64,000 nt of DNA from Takakia lepidozioides. Lineage: Eukaryota > Plantae > Bryophyta. The number at the start of each line of letters is the position of its first letter. The stretch's first letter is position 1. The position numbers and the translations under genes are program-made. A model generated the notes under the pieces. That model saw only the letters and a list, made by a program, of their open reading frames with translations. It was not told the origin of the DNA and did no database searches. Of this stretch, positions 1 through 13,693 are shown piece after piece. Location: positions 77,128,001-77,192,000 of the forward strand of contig CM060731.1 of the NCBI GenBank assembly GCA_030704615.1, in the 5' to 3' direction.

Positions 1-53
1 CTACAGTGAAGGGAAATTCAGCGCTGTAAGGGGTGTAGAATAAGTCTTGGATC

Positions 54-881
54 ATGGTATTCCATTTCCCCAGTGAGCCAGCGTCTGGTAGTGGGGCAGA
101 TTTTGCCTCGTTATTGGGTTGGCCCCTCGGGCTTCGGTCTGGTGTGTTGATGGAGGTGGCCAGGCCCGCTGAGGCGGTGAGGCCAGGTGTAGAGACTGCC
201 GAATTGCAAGCTGAGAACATGCCAAACAACTTTCTGCTCCCCTATATCTCTGCGAGTGCGTCGTCCGATTCTGATTCGGATACATACAGTGAGGCAGCGT
301 CATCTTTCTTCAAGGATTCGCGGCGCATCACACTTGGGAGCCTCATTGGTCTGCCTTTGGATTCTTCAGGGAGGGCGGGCATTATGCGCGCAGAGATGAA
401 CCAATATCAGGCCTTGGGCCACAGGCGGACGCGGAGCTTGGGATCCTGTGGGTTGTGGGACATTCTTGGCTGTGCCAGGGGAGCTCGAGTTGCTGCAGAG
501 GCCAACCGGGATGAGGATGGAGATCCAAGCTCTTCCTACTCTCTTGCAGAACAACTGGAATTGGAACGAAGTGCAGTTACTGAACCCACTGCTGCTTCTG
601 ATAAAGGGCTAGTGAGTGTGATGTATGAAGAATCTCTCTCAGCTGGTAGCCGGAGCCCTGAATGGAACCCCCAGTTCGTCTCCGCCAATAGTACGATTTC
701 CGACGCCGACTCCATGGAGGACCAGCCATTCGAAACCGATGTGCTTGGAACTCCATCGAATGGCTACGGCAATTCCACAGAAAGAGTCCATGTCACTGCC
801 CGCATGCAGAGGTCCTTCAGTATGCGCTCTTTCTTCTCTACTATCTGTTGTCGCTTGGATGCCCAGACTCCAGTTGAGTGA
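54..881 (+). CDS. Uncharacterised plant protein, At3g17950-like family (single exon, 275 aa)
   Basis: Motifs GWPLGL and SDSDTYSEAASSFFKDSRRITLGSLIG match the conserved blocks of this family; uninterrupted ORF. Confidence 0.75.
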   Translation: MVFHFPSEPASGSGADFASLLGWPLGLRSGVLMEVARPAEAVRPGVETAELQAENMPNNFLLPYISASASSDSDSDTYSEAASSFFKDSRRITLGSLIGLPLDSSGRAGIMRAEMNQYQALGHRRTRSLGSCGLWDILGCARGARVAAEANRDEDGDPSSSYSLAEQLELERSAVTEPTAASDKGLVSVMYEESLSAGSRSPEWNPQFVSANSTISDADSMEDQPFETDVLGTPSNGYGNSTERVHVTARMQRSFSMRSFFSTICCRLDAQTPVE

Positions 882-3243
882 CCAGGATATACATTGTAAG
901 TTACTGTAAAGCGGGAGATAGGATCCTTATGTAACTGGTGCCACGGGGGTCTGTCATCTCTGTCCCAGGAGGAGCCAATTGAACGCATTGATAGCTAACT
1001 CAAAAGGTGGCACAGCGTTGATTTTCTTGTAGTATTAGTAGACTCAGGAGATGGATGGACGACTCAGGAAAACTAGAGAGGGTGCAATCTGGATACTAGA
1101 CTAGACAGAGATCACAACTCTAGAAAGATACTCTACAGAGGATCCCACAAGAGATTCTCACAGCACTTATGTGTTGACTAACTGTGTGATGAAAGATTTG
1201 AGGCCCTTAAGTTAAAGGCCGATGCTCTTGCGGTTAGTTTTCTGTGAGAGATGATAGTCTTCAGATTGTGGTTGCTGCAACCTTGTGGCCATAGCCCTGT
1301 GTTTGGGCAGAGAAACAGATACCCAGAGCTTGAACTGCTTGTGTTAAGCGACAAGTCGACAGTGAGGGAAAACCCAGCTACTCGGCCAATTCTCGTGTAC
1401 ACCAACTTCAGAGGTGCATAGAAGTGAGGGTATTTAATTCAACTCAACCAGAACAGCGCAAAACTTCCTCGCATAGTTGATGCTTTCCGTTTCTCTCAAC
1501 CTGTCCCCCATCTGCCTGGAAAAAGCAAGTTGGAATTGTTCGTGCTATGTCTACTTAAACAGGGTAAAGAAAAGAGGATTTTTTGGAGAAACATGAAGCA
1601 ATCACCCGAACCCCCCTCAGCACGCATCGATGAAGCTCCCCCACATCTCAAGTTACAGCACTTGAGAATCCGTATTTCGTGTCCCCTATCCTGCACCTCC
1701 CTCCCTGTCCTATCCCTGGCCCTATTTCCGGCTCCACTGTGAAACCCACTGTGCCCGGCATGTGGAAGGAGTGGACCCACCTATTGAAGAGTACTGGCAC
1801 TTTCCTGGTCAGCAACTACATCATGGAGTCCACGGAAATGGTCTCTCAGAAAAGAAGAAAAAGAATCGGATCATCGTCGTGAGGATGCGTTCATTGAACT
1901 GACTGTGTCGTGCACGAGCAGTTATCTTGTCGGGAGCTTCAGAAGCAAAGAAGTCAGATGAGAAAGCGGATGAATCAACTGTTTCCTTTCATGCATTTGT
2001 TGCGGTATCTTGAATCCCCTTAGACGATCGCAGTACTCGTACTCCAGATACTACCAATTGAACATCCCACGCATTGAATTTGAAGAATTGTACGATTGTG
2101 GGTGTGCGCTAGACTGTTACGTGCATTCTAGGGCCCATTCGCGGGTAGTTTAGGGGCACCATGATCGCACGACACAGTGAACGTTTCACGATTTCATGTC
2201 GACGGGGTCTTACTGATCTGCGGGAAAGACTGAGGGGTTGCATCCAGCATTCCCAGCTTGACGAGCTTCACAAATCATCCAGACTTAAGACCGAAGAAAT
2301 TAAATGGCTCGTAAAGATGGCTCAGTGGAGGAAACCGGCGCCCACCAGTTTTGGGGGGCAATGCGAGAGGTGCATCACCAGCACACCGTGTGGAATCCGG
2401 CTGAAGATCTGGAAGTGTCCCATGATGTATTCTATTTGCTGATATCAATTACAATCGCCTCAAGCCTGCCAGTAAAGCATGAGTGGCCTAGTACGAATAA
2501 TCTGCATCTTCCATCTCCCTTTTTTCAGTTCTTTAAGGTTTGACCAAGCACAATCCAGCTCCGTTTTCCCCCGATTTAATGGAAGGTGTCACCGTATCGC
2601 CCGTGGCCTCGAAATTGGGAATCTGTTAGGTTTAAGGTGGGAATGTATTGTGAAGTAGTACCAACAGTAAATGTGGAATGGGTTGAGAAAATCTGATTCT
2701 GGTAAGATAAGATTTGATTCAACCAGCTTAAAAGTTCCTGATGCATTCTCAGATTCCCCTACTCTGTCAAGGGTTTGAGTGGCTTTCCTTCTTCTAGCGA
2801 GCTAAACATGCTCCCAATCATGCTATGGAAGACCAGAGAAAGAAAAGAGGACTCATAGTTCCTAGGTGTGAGTGAGCGCTTGAACCTGATCATGCTGCAA
2901 TCCATTCAAGCTATGCACGCGCCTTCCGTAGCAGACCTTGAATTTACAGGCTAGTCCATAGTACATGCTGGACTCATGCTTGATGAGTCCATGATCTCCA
3001 CCCCAGGGTTTTGAGGACTGGCAAACCTTGAAAGTTATATTAGGATTTAAATTGGTCCTCTGGCTTCATTTTGTTTCCTTGTTGTACTACATCTGATTTT
3101 TGAACACTGTGATGGTGTTCTGCCTCAGACATTCTTCTCTGTTGAGAAATTGCAATATCAAGGTGGACAGCAATGGAGCCAGTGAGAAGAAGTTGTCAAC
3201 CTTGGAGTGAACCAGGAAGTTGGGCAAATGTAGATGGAGAAGA

Positions 3244-6200
3244 ATGAATCTATCAATGGGTTCCGGGAACTGTGAACGTACCAAGGGTTTGGTTTTTGAG
3301 AACAGATGGAGTCCAGGGATTGGTCTTTACACAATATTTGTTTTGGAAATCTTGCTGATTACAAAGCTTATGGCTTTAGCAACTGGGGAGAGATTGGACT
3401 ACGTTGACTTAAGCAAAGAGAAGGAGCTTGCAGATTTGAATGTGACTACGACGAACGTGACGGCCCATTCTGCAACTGCAAGGGAAGGTAGCATTGCTGG
3501 GATGATTGATAAAGTTTTGGAAAAGGAATTTCCTGATAAGGAGGATCCTCAAGCAGGTATTCCCCATAATCTCATCTTCCCAAGGTCCAAGGCATTTTGT
3601 TGAATCTTCTATGTCCGTGTGCGTTTGAGGAATAATTTCTTTTGAAGGGTGAGTATTATGGCGCACCTATATTGGATTTGAAGGCATCACACCTATTGAT
3701 GAAGCAAATAAGAAATGAAATGGAACTTTATAACGTCTGCAGAAAGCTCAAAGAGCTTATGGGACAAAAGGAAACAAGAAACAAGAAAGAGAACAAAAGA
3801 CAGAGTGAAGCCAGAAGCAGCCCCAAAGCAACTAGCAGGGGATTGCCTAAGGGTCAAAGCTTCATGCAGATAAGCTGCCAAGCATTTCTGATCCTCATAA
3901 TGGAAGACTTCTGTGAGAGATTGGGTGTCACAGAACAGACAGTTGAATCTCCCACGGATCTCATAGTAAAGAGGGCAGGAAAAGAAGTGTTCTTCAGTTT
4001 CGATACACCGGTTGGGCGCGGTGCATGCTGGGCATAGGCGGTTTCTCGCTGCAGGTTTTCCCACCTACCAGTCTCTGTTTGTAATTTGTGGGTGCCCACC
4101 CTGAACCGCCCCAAAGCCCTCAGAAATGAAGAAAGCAGAAACGAAATGAAGTGGTATTTATAAGACAGAAACTGAGATATCGATAATGTCCACTGGACAC
4201 GGGAGGTACAAATTTTTTGGTAATGTGCTGGTTGTCTCTCCAGTCAATTATTTTCTTGATTTGGATTGTGTGTTTACAGGTGTCTAGGAAGGAAATGCAA
4301 TGAAATGAAATGGTGCTTTATAACGTCCGCGGAAAGCTCGTAGAGCTTATGGGACAAAATGGAAGAAAACATGAGACAGGAACAAATCCAGAAACCACAA
4401 TTAATGTTCTAGCGATTGTCTAAGGGTGAAGGCCTCGTGTAGGTAGGCTGCCAAGCATTTTTGATCCTCATAGTGAAAGACATCAGTGAGAGTTTGGGTT
4501 CCACTGAATAAACAGTGGAATCTCCCACGGATCTCGTAGTATAGAGGGCAGTAGAAGAAGAAGTGTTCTTCAGTTTCAATTTCCTTGCTGCGCCCTATGC
4601 AAGCTGGACATAGGTGGTCCTCCCGTTGCAGGTTTTCCCATCTGCCAGTCTCTATCCGTAGGTTGTGGGAAAGAAAGAAACTTATGCTGTACACAGGGAC
4701 TCCCAAGGACCCATAGGACAAAGTAACCAACAAGAAACCATTTCAGAAAGCCCTAAGAGATAGTGGGACAAGAATGCTTAACACACTTAGAAACCACTAT
4801 GAGTTCAGGCCCAGCCTGCTGCTCAAAGATTTAGTGGGGGATCTTTTGAACCAACATGTCTCCCATTGGCCCATGGAGCTTTGAATTATTAGCTGGCTGG
4901 TTGTTGTCTGGTAATGACAACAATTTGGACATTTGCAGCAACTGAGGGAACGGTGGGGAGCAGCTTTAACAACAGCGTCAATGAGCAACAGGTGAGGGTT
5001 TAGCCACCATCCTTCAGCTTGTTGGTGTTTCCATTCTACCTCACTCTGCTCATTCCCGGCATATTGCTGTGACATTGGTGGAAAGATATTCACGTCCTGC
5101 TTTTACTGGGGAGGAGGAAGATTTGCAAGTGTTATCCTGATGTATTAAACATTGGCTGTGCAGGCTGTGCTAGAGACTGTGGCCAGAGTAACCCATGACA
5201 GGAGGAAAAAAAACGATACTGAAGAAGAGAAGTATGTGCTTTGAGACTGTTTCCTTCTGAGAACCATTAACAAGACTTTGTACTCTAGGTGTAGCATGGC
5301 ACAAAAGCATATCGGTCTTGTCTGTCTCCTTGTAGCACCTGTGAGTCATTTCTGTGGGCATATTTTGCCTTCACTGTTAAATGGATTTTAGGGCTTCGTG
5401 AAGTTGAATTGGAGCTTACTGGTTCTGGTGGGTGATTGTTGGGGGCCCTACCATTCTTTCCTACAACTTTGCTTGTCCCAAAAGCTCTTTGAGCTTCCTA
5501 GTTCTACCAAGGCTTGGTTCAGGCATTGGGAGTTCAAGACACTGGGAACACGGCTCTCTATTCTCTTGTTGCTCCACTGGCAGTGCTTACAGGATACAGC
5601 AAAGTCACCCTGTTTTTTGACATAAATGCACCAATGGCCCCTTTGCTTCTCAACAGTGGGACCACAAAATCGTTTCAATTTCAAGATTTAATCAACTTGG
5701 ACTCCGAAACAGGCTCTGATGAACTGCCCACTCTCATCGACAAAAAGGTAGGTTGACACACTATCTCAATCTTGCTGCATAACAGTTATTTTTCATGTAT
5801 AAGTATATATGTTGCACAACTTATGGTAATTTAGCTCACATGCCAAATCTTCATCCTCTCTGCTTGAAACCATGTGGATTGAGACAAAAATGCTACAGCT
5901 GTTTGGCTCAAAGTTTTCTCCACCACAGCTGTAGTTGTAAGAAACACACTGATACTTTACTCTACAAGCTCCCAAGCCTCTGACAAAATATTGTCCGAGC
6001 ATTTATCACTTCATCTATCAGTGACTTGGCACCAGTCTACTACATTTCTTTGTATCCTATACAACTTGCTTGCACATGATGCAGTGAGGTTCAGTTTTTC
6101 ATCTGCCTTCTTCTTGGGTTTCTCTTCATAGTAATTCACTGCGTAGTACATCTTGTCTAACTAGGAAATCTGGGTGTAGGACAATGTGTTTGTGATATCC

Positions 6201-9200
6201 AAATCAAGGGAAGGGTCTATGGTTCTTCAGCAAGACCTAAGGTACTCTCTTTGACTATGGCCATGTAAGCCACCTCTTTGTGACAGACAGGAGACTTTCA
6301 TAGGACAACAGACAGCAGCTTCTTTTCAGGCACTTTTGTGAGGCCTTCAAAGTGCAATGAGGGTCCATTCTCACCTTTTGGGAGACTGCTGTGTCCAACA
6401 TAAATCATAACATGGCATATACCTTAAACCGAAATGTTCAATGTCATAAACACCGAGGGAAAGACGCCCTACTAGCTCCATCAACAGGCCGTATGCTTGC
6501 TGGCTTCAAAATATGTGCAGGGACTGGTCAATCACTTATCTGGGAAGTGAAAAAGTTGTTCTCCAGGTTTGTCATGTGGATTGTCAGTGGGCTACAGTAA
6601 GTTGGTGTTCTGCAAGAGATTCTTTGGTACTTACAGATTATTGAGTTGGTATTTGCTGATTAATGTCCTGATGTTTGCAGGTTCATATCGGATCTAGTGG
6701 TAGTAATTGTGTCGGCAGCAGGGGGTGGTATTGCCTTTGCTTGTGTTGGCCAGCCGGTTAGTCTCCATCTATTTCCTGGGTAGCCACTGACCAGCCTAGC
6801 ATTTGCTACATAGACATTTAACCTGTGGCTGTAAAACATGGAGACATTTCTGAAGTAATGTCTGTCTGTTGTATAAATCTGGAAGTAAAAGAAATTGTTT
6901 TGCATTCCCCTGTGAGCATTACAAAGTTTTAATATATTTATTCTGTTTGAGTTTCCCATGGACGTTGTGAAGTTCCTCTCTTCTAGTACTCAGATATTGA
7001 ATTTATTGGCTCTTTGGGTTCACAGGTGATCACAGGTTATCTACTGGCTGGGTCTGTGATAGGCCCAGGTGGTTTGAGCTTCGTCAGTGAATTAGTGCAG
7101 GTATGTCTTATCTCTGCTTTGATGTTTTCTTTAAGCGACAGTAGTACAGAATCTATTTTGCATGAACCAAGGATATGGCAATTGGAAATGTCTGATCTGA
7201 GGTGTAGCTCATTTCCTCACATTGGGATAAGGGGCATGAAGAAATTTGTTTCATATGATTCTTTCAGTGTTTTCCATAACCTTCCTGACATTATTCTTTG
7301 TGACTGGCAGCTCATTGTCATCTGGCTTTGCCAGGAGAAGGGTAAAATCAGCTTTAGAGGGTTTTTTTTATCCCCCTGCATGCTTGAGGTGGTCTAGAGT
7401 TTAGTAGCTACAGGTACATGCCAATGTGTGGGATGTATAGGGAGATGCTTAAGGCCCTTTGGTGTTCTGAGGTATAGTTCATGAGGACTGGATAATTTTG
7501 CAGGTTGAGACAGTGGCCCAATTTGGGGTTGTTTTTCTTCTGTTTGCTTTGGGGCTTGAGATTTCTAGTACCAAGGTAAGATTTCCCTCTCTTCTCTCTC
7601 CTGTATTCCAATGGCCACAAGGCTACGGCAAACAACGTCTTATGAGTACAATCTCTCCTGTATTCCAGAAGAGTATCTTCTTAGGCCTTGCTGGCAATTT
7701 ACTACCTGGGTAAATGTGTGTAACAAGCTTTTAGGAACAGAGCAGAAGAAAACAATATGTAGATATGTGTGTTGGTGTGTGTTTCTATTTGTAGATTTGT
7801 CTAATACACTATGTGGGTTGCACAAATCATCCTCCATTACTCAGAAATGCTGATGTGTGTGGCCAACATCAAGTAACGATATCGCCTGCTTTTGTATGAA
7901 TGTCAGTCCTTCACAATGGTGAACACTCAAACTTCTTGTGGTGGAAACAGTTGTCCGTGGTATGGGCTGTTGCTATTTTTGGGGGATTCTTACAGATTGC
8001 ACTCTTCATGTGTCTCTGCGCTCTAACTGCTGTGGTAAACCCTCCCTCTATCATTCCTTCTGCACTGTCTTGATGTAGGTCTGGTCTGTCATTGTGTCTA
8101 ATGGAGAAGCACTGCTGCAGCCAAAGGTTGAGTGTGCTATCCAACAATATTCTCATTACTAGGAGTTACAAGAAGCACTATATGTTCTGGCTACCAATTA
8201 TGGCTAAACTTTTTCAAAGGAGTGAATCTTTTGACTATTTCATTATTGCCATCACTATACAAATTCACAATGGCCAGACAAGCAGCTGACACTATGGGAT
8301 TGGCAAGATGGCTCTAACTGTTTGATTGTCGATACATGTAGCTGTGTGGAGCGAGCTCGTCAGAGGGTATATTTGTCGGTGCGTTCCTGTCTATGTCATC
8401 AACTGCTGTGGTCAGCCTCTAATTAACCCGCTGCTCCTGTTTGGGGGGCAGTGTCTTGCAATTGTGAGACCATTAGCATGGTGTATGCTGGCTCGCAAAT
8501 CAGATTCATAGTCATTAGCGCCTTCAAGTCAAGGAGAATGTTTATGAAGACTTGCAACTCTTGATGAATGCAACCCTCTGTCTCTCATTTGCATTCATGT
8601 CCCATAAACTCCCGGGGTATTTTGTGTTTTTGAGGCATTAAATCTTAGACAATATGTTGGGCTGCTTGTTGGGAGCCCTACTCCCTTTCCTCTCTCTTGT
8701 CCCATAAGCTCCTTGGGCGTTTAGCGGATTCTATAAAGCATCATTTCATTTCATTTCTATTTTCTGCCTTTCTTTTGCTTTTTGGCTTAGGTCTTGTCTC
8801 CTCTCTCTTGTTTTTTTCCATTTTGTCCCATAAGCTCTTTGAGCTTTCCGCGGACGTTATAAAGTAACATTCATTTCATTTCATTTCTTTTGATACTCTT
8901 CTTGTCTTTGACATAAGCCTTCTGGGTTTCCTGTGGATGTTAGAGGGTTCCTTTACCTCCTTTCTGCAGCACCAGAAAGATCTGCATCCCCAGATGTGTG
9001 AGAGAGCAAAACTCTTCTGCAGTTCTAAATGACACTCCAGCCATCCCACCTCCAATTGGTTCCAGTTCAACAGGGTTTGAGGTGATCAGTGCAGGTACTG
9101 AAGTTTCTGATGGACCGTAACAGCACAGATGCACTGCATGGACAGGTTACTATTGGCACCCTCATCCTACAGGTACACACAACCTGCCTCCCAATGTAGA

Positions 9201-12200
9201 CTTTGAGTTAGCGCTATTTTTCCAACCTCCCCTGTCTAGAACATCTTCAACATGACAATGTTTTCCTTTTGAAATTCTCTTCTTTTCGCAACCTCCATTG
9301 CACCAAATGGAAGGAGGAAGGCAACCTAAGTTGGAATGGTCAGTATGTCACTGCTGTTTCTTCCACACAGTCGTCCTGTGAGGATTCTCTGTGGAACAAC
9401 CTGCTTGTTGTTTCAAGCAAGGGAGAGAGGCTGGGGGCCAAGAGGAAGTGACACGAGACCGGCATGTTGCGGCAGGACTGTGCGGTTGGATTGCTTTTTT
9501 CTCTGCTGCCTGTACTGGGAGGTGACAGTGGTGTGATGACAGGTCTCATCTCCATGAGTCGATCGTAAGCACCTTCTGTTTCCAAAAAATTGGTGAATAT
9601 TCCATGAAAACAGTGAAGTTAGTTTCACATTCTGAAAGACCTAGTCAAGCTCGTATCTTACAACTGCTGAGTTTTATTTCACCCTCGAATGAAAAATTGA
9701 TCTGTTTACTCTTGAATATTACACTACCTGTGTCGATGCAGCTTGTTTGTGCTCTCAGCTTTCCTCTTGGCTGCTGCCATTCTGGCCAAGTCATTTGTAC
9801 CCCAATTTCTAAAACTGATGATGCGCCTCTCAACCCAGGTAGTTTCTGAAATGGCCCTGGTCACATCTTTATGTTAGTTTCTCTTCTATGCCCTTCCGGA
9901 GTGGATGCAGACTTGTGTATAATTTTGACCCTCAAAAGGGTCTAGTATGTGGAACATTGCATAATCCCATAATAAACATATCATGAAGGCAAGCTGTACT
10001 TCAAACTAGATTGGATATTGTTTTGCTTAGAAGTGCTAAGCATCCATTGACTTGTTTTGGATCAATTATCTGATGGTCTGGCTTTTTACTCCTGCACTGG
10101 AACTCATTTATCTGGATTGCACCACTGACAGCATTTGCCTTGAGATGATTGCAGACAAATGAGCTGTATCAGCTGGCTGCAGTTGCATTTTGCTTGCTTA
10201 TTGCCTGGGTACATCTCTCGGTGTCTCTGTCCCTCCCTCTCCCACCATCTCACCTGTCCAGATTGGGCATAGTGTCTATGCCCAGCAGTCTTTCTGGGTC
10301 TGATGGTTTCTTTTCTATGTCAGGGTGACATTTTGCAGGAGACAGTCCAAGATACTTGCTTATTTCTGCTTTGACCCCTCTTGTTATTGGTTGAGATGAT
10401 TTGGCTAAATCGCAATGATTCTTTTCATTGTTGGAATGCAGTTCAGTGATAAACTAGGGCTAAGCTTGGAACTGGGTGCTTTCGTGGCGGGTGTCATGAT
10501 CTCCACCACTGACCTCGCAGAACACACGCTTGCACAGGTCTGTTGTCACAGAGCTTTGTCCACTTTTTCATTGTGTGGATGGGGATAAAGGGGTCCGAGT
10601 GACAAGCCTTTCTGGGATTTGTCCTGTTTGACTTGTATTTTTCAATGGCTACTTTGTTTTTATTGGCAGTGATTTCAGGCACTGCGTTTGAAGGTCCCAC
10701 TTTGATCAAGAAGTAAATATTTTGCTGCTAGCTAGTAATTTCCTTTTCTTTTCCTGTCTGGGCAACTTTCGAAACACGGATTGGGTGTTGCGTGTTGAAG
10801 GTGGATCCAATAAGGAATCTCTTTACGGCGCTTTTTCTGGCAAGCATTGGGATGCTCATAAACATGCAGTTTTTATGGGCACATATGGACGTGTTGCTGG
10901 CATCCCTTGCCCTTGTCATCATCTCCAAAACCATAGTGGTCATGGTTGTGGTCAGAGCTTTTGGATACAGCTTAAAGAATGCCTTTCTTGTGAGCTGTTC
11001 CTCTCTCTCATAAAAAAGCTTCTTCTTTTCCTTCTGTTTCATCTTTAGACCTGATCAGTTCGCTTACTACTTTCAATGTGTGGGAATAACAAACAGCAAG
11101 ACCTCATGTAATTGCGATAATCAGGAAAGTGAGCTAGTGCTGTTATCTGAAATGTGCTTGGGGCCCAGCAATTTTCATTTCTTAGTTTCCAATATGTCCA
11201 CATTTCACTTATGTCAATATGCAAGAGCATGAGTTCAGCTGCACCCTTGTTACAATTACAGGCTTTAAATGCTTGCAAGACTGTGTTCACATAGCCGTGC
11301 TTGTTGTCATTCCACTTTGGTTACAGGTGGGCATGTCTCTTGCCCAAATAGGAGAGTTTGCTTTTCTGCTTCTTAGCCGGGCTTCCCATCTCCACCTTAT
11401 ACAGGTGAGACCTCAACATGGTGTGAGTTAGTACATTTTCGGCTGATGCCTTGTGGTTGTATGCTGGGAAAATTTTGCATTATCCATATTTCTTAGATTG
11501 ATTCTGTGCTGATAACTCTTGGGGCAGCCATTCTTTTATTGGCAATTTATCACCAGATTTCGACGTCGCGCAGGTCCCTGGTGATAGGGGTTGAGAAAAA
11601 GATAGATTTTTGCCAAAAGCTGATCTGGTGGGCCCATCTTTTGCCAGAGGGTCTGGGGAACTGTCAACCCCAATCCTCTTCTGCCCCCTCCTTCAGATGG
11701 GATCAATAGACTGGAGAAGTTAGTTCTGATCATTGGGTTTAATAATTTTCCAGTCTCGTGTTTAACACCATACAGGATTATAGATTATGGAATTTGAACA
11801 GATGGAAGACTTTTAACACGCCGGATTCATTTTTCTGACAAACGTGGTGGCTATCTGGTGCTCTGTAAAGAAAAAATTGTACCTGTTGCTAGTTGGAACC
11901 ACGGCCCTCAGCCTGGTAAGGCCTTTGTTTGTGTTATTTTCAGTCTTTTCCTTAGTGGTTATGAGGTATGGCTCTGTTAAGGTTGTGACTTAGGTCCTTA
12001 TTTGTCCCCTATCAGGGTGTGGTGTTGCTCCTGTCAAGCAGATAGAATTGATCTCCAGGATCATTGAAGAGGATTTTTCAAAGCATAGTCTTTATATATG
12101 AATGACAGATAAAATCATCAACATAACAAGTAATAAATTTGTAGGTGTAAAGATCATTTGTTATTCCCAGTTTTCAGATCACTTTGTACGACTGATGTGC

Positions 12201-13154
12201 TGGCAAACTGCATGGGGTTCTCAGGGCTAGTGGGGATGCCTCAGCTCTGTAACATAGATAGGTTGGTTTGGGATTCCTCAGTTTCTTCTTCAGTGCTCTG
12301 TGTGCAGTCTATTCAGAAAGCTTAGACAACATTGCCTTTCACCTTGAGAGTTGGAAGCAGCCCTGAGTGTTCTAAGGCCCACTATTCCTCATAGAAGAAA
12401 TTTGAGTCGTGGTTGTAACTAGCTTGTGTTGGGTTTTCTCCCGGATGATGGTAAAGCCTCATTTCTGTTTATGAGTTCATAAGATCATTTTATGGCAGGT
12501 GTCATCGCCGCTACTGTTCAGAGCTATACCCGCATTACTACATTTGGGTTCCCTCATGCAGTGGTTTCCCCCTGATTCCAACCAGACCAAGGTGGGTCTG
12601 TCGTCGCCCTCCAAATTTCCTTCACGGTCCAAGCAACTGAATTTAGGTAAGTTTTATCTTCCAAAGGATTCAAGCATTACATAAAAGAGATGTCTCCATG
12701 GAGGAGCCAATAGAAGGGATTAGGTTCCAATTTTTACCAGCTGCTTTTTGGTAGTTCAGTATGATTTAGTTGGGAGAAATATGAGTTTTTGGATTTCCTT
12801 TTCAAAGGGTGCAGAGTCAGACTATCTGGCGACTCCCAGGGAACATAGTCAGGCCAGGGAACATAGTCAGGCTATCCGGAGCTAGGAGTTGGGGGGGAGA
12901 CTAGAGTGGATGTATCAAAGCCCACACAGGTCATGGCCCCGAAGATGCTCACATAATAGACGCTCATTGAAGGTCTCTCATATTTGCAGATTCCTCCGAC
13001 TCCAAATTCAAGCGGCCACAAAGCAACATGCTACGAATCAACAGAACACTGCACTAGAAGAGGATCTAACAAGGAGCGGCCTGCAGACCACTACCAAAGG
13101 AGATCACTACCCAAGAGACACTGCTGTCACCAGGGAGACACAGCTCCGTCCTAA
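3244..13154 (+). CDS. KEA4: K+ efflux antiporter, KEA4/5/6 (CPA2) type, ~20 exons
   Basis: GT-AG exons read by eye: 3244-3556, 4939-4991, 5164-5231, 5657-5747, 6180-6241, 6681-6756, 7026-7100, 7504-7575, 7951-8034, 8342-8410, 9095-9172, 9476-9564, 9742-9838, 10155-10208, 10442-10537, 10801-10989, 11327-11404, ~11871-11914, 12499-12591, last exon from ~12990. Peptides include MIDKVLEKEF, AVLETVARV, GQPVITGYLLAGSVIGPGG, VETVAQFGVVFLLFALGLE, TNELYQLAAVAFCL, SLAQIGEFAF. Start codon, last exon frame and the KEA4/5/6 paralog are uncertain. Confidence 0.93.
3705..4130 (-). mobile_element. 5'-truncated LINE 3' end (family C, (CATTT)n tail) in KEA intron 1
   Basis: Frameshifted RT C-terminal region GRFRVGTHKLQTETGRW...LCPAC...ETEEHFFSCPLY; 3' UTR motif gtcccataagctc...gacgttataaag followed by catttcatttc. 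Confidence 0.8.
4295..4670 (-). mobile_element. Second family-C LINE 3' end in KEA intron 1
   Basis: SHNLRIETGRWENLQREDHLCPACI...ETEEHFFFYCPLY; same 3' UTR and (CATTT)n tail. Confidence 0.8.
7611..7651 (+). mobile_element. ~41-nt retroposed 3' tip of LINE family A with 16-bp TSD
   Basis: atggccacaaggctacggcaaacaacgtcttatgagtaca flanked by direct repeat tctctcctgtattcca (7595-7610 and 7652-7667). Confidence 0.85.
8690..8888 (+). mobile_element. Two tandem family-C LINE 3' UTR tails
   Basis: Two copies of ttgtcccataagctc...tataaag...(catttcatttc), matching the tails at 3.7 and 4.3 kb in the opposite orientation. Confidence 0.75.
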
Positions 13155-13693
13155 AGAGAGAGAACTCTCTGTCCCCTTTCAAAAAGTATATACCATTAAT
13201 TATTTTTGTTTTTATTTTTTTCTGAGAAAGGAAACTTGGTGCCCCTTATCATTGAATAAAAGTTCTCTGAGGCTACTATCCCCTCTTGCGTGGAAAAAAA
13301 CAAAAAACCTCGGAGGCCCAAGTTACTTCAAGCAGGCATTAGGGATATTGAACCCAGACTGTTAAAGGAACATGGACTAGAGGACCTCTTTGTTTGGCAA
13401 GAGAAAATCCAGACATGAACACAACAACTCGCTGAAGTAGCTCAGTTCTCTGATGATAGTATGATTTGAGTACTTCCGCTTCCATGGGTATTGCTAAGCA
13501 CTGATAGTGGTTGCTCTCTAGAAAATGCTGAATGCTGATATGATGACATATGAGAACATCAGACCAGTATTACAGAACCTTCCCTACTACTGATGGTAGG
13601 TACACCAACGCTCAAAAATGAGTTATACATAGTGTTTGCCTGCCTGATGAGGTAGATCCCAATATGAAGAAAAGTGAATCAGAGCATCAAGAT

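Noticed and set aside
1028-1456. Solo LTR (tgt...aca, LTR-like composition)
   Set aside because: No TSD, PBS or second copy found in the window.
1530-2543. Small ORFs upstream of KEA
   Set aside because: Short, overlapping, no recognisable motifs; cannot distinguish from UTR or promoter sequence.
12835-12873. 19-bp tandem duplication near the KEA 3' end (also 18-bp repeats at ~39423-39460)
   Set aside because: Ordinary slippage-type duplications with no further structure.
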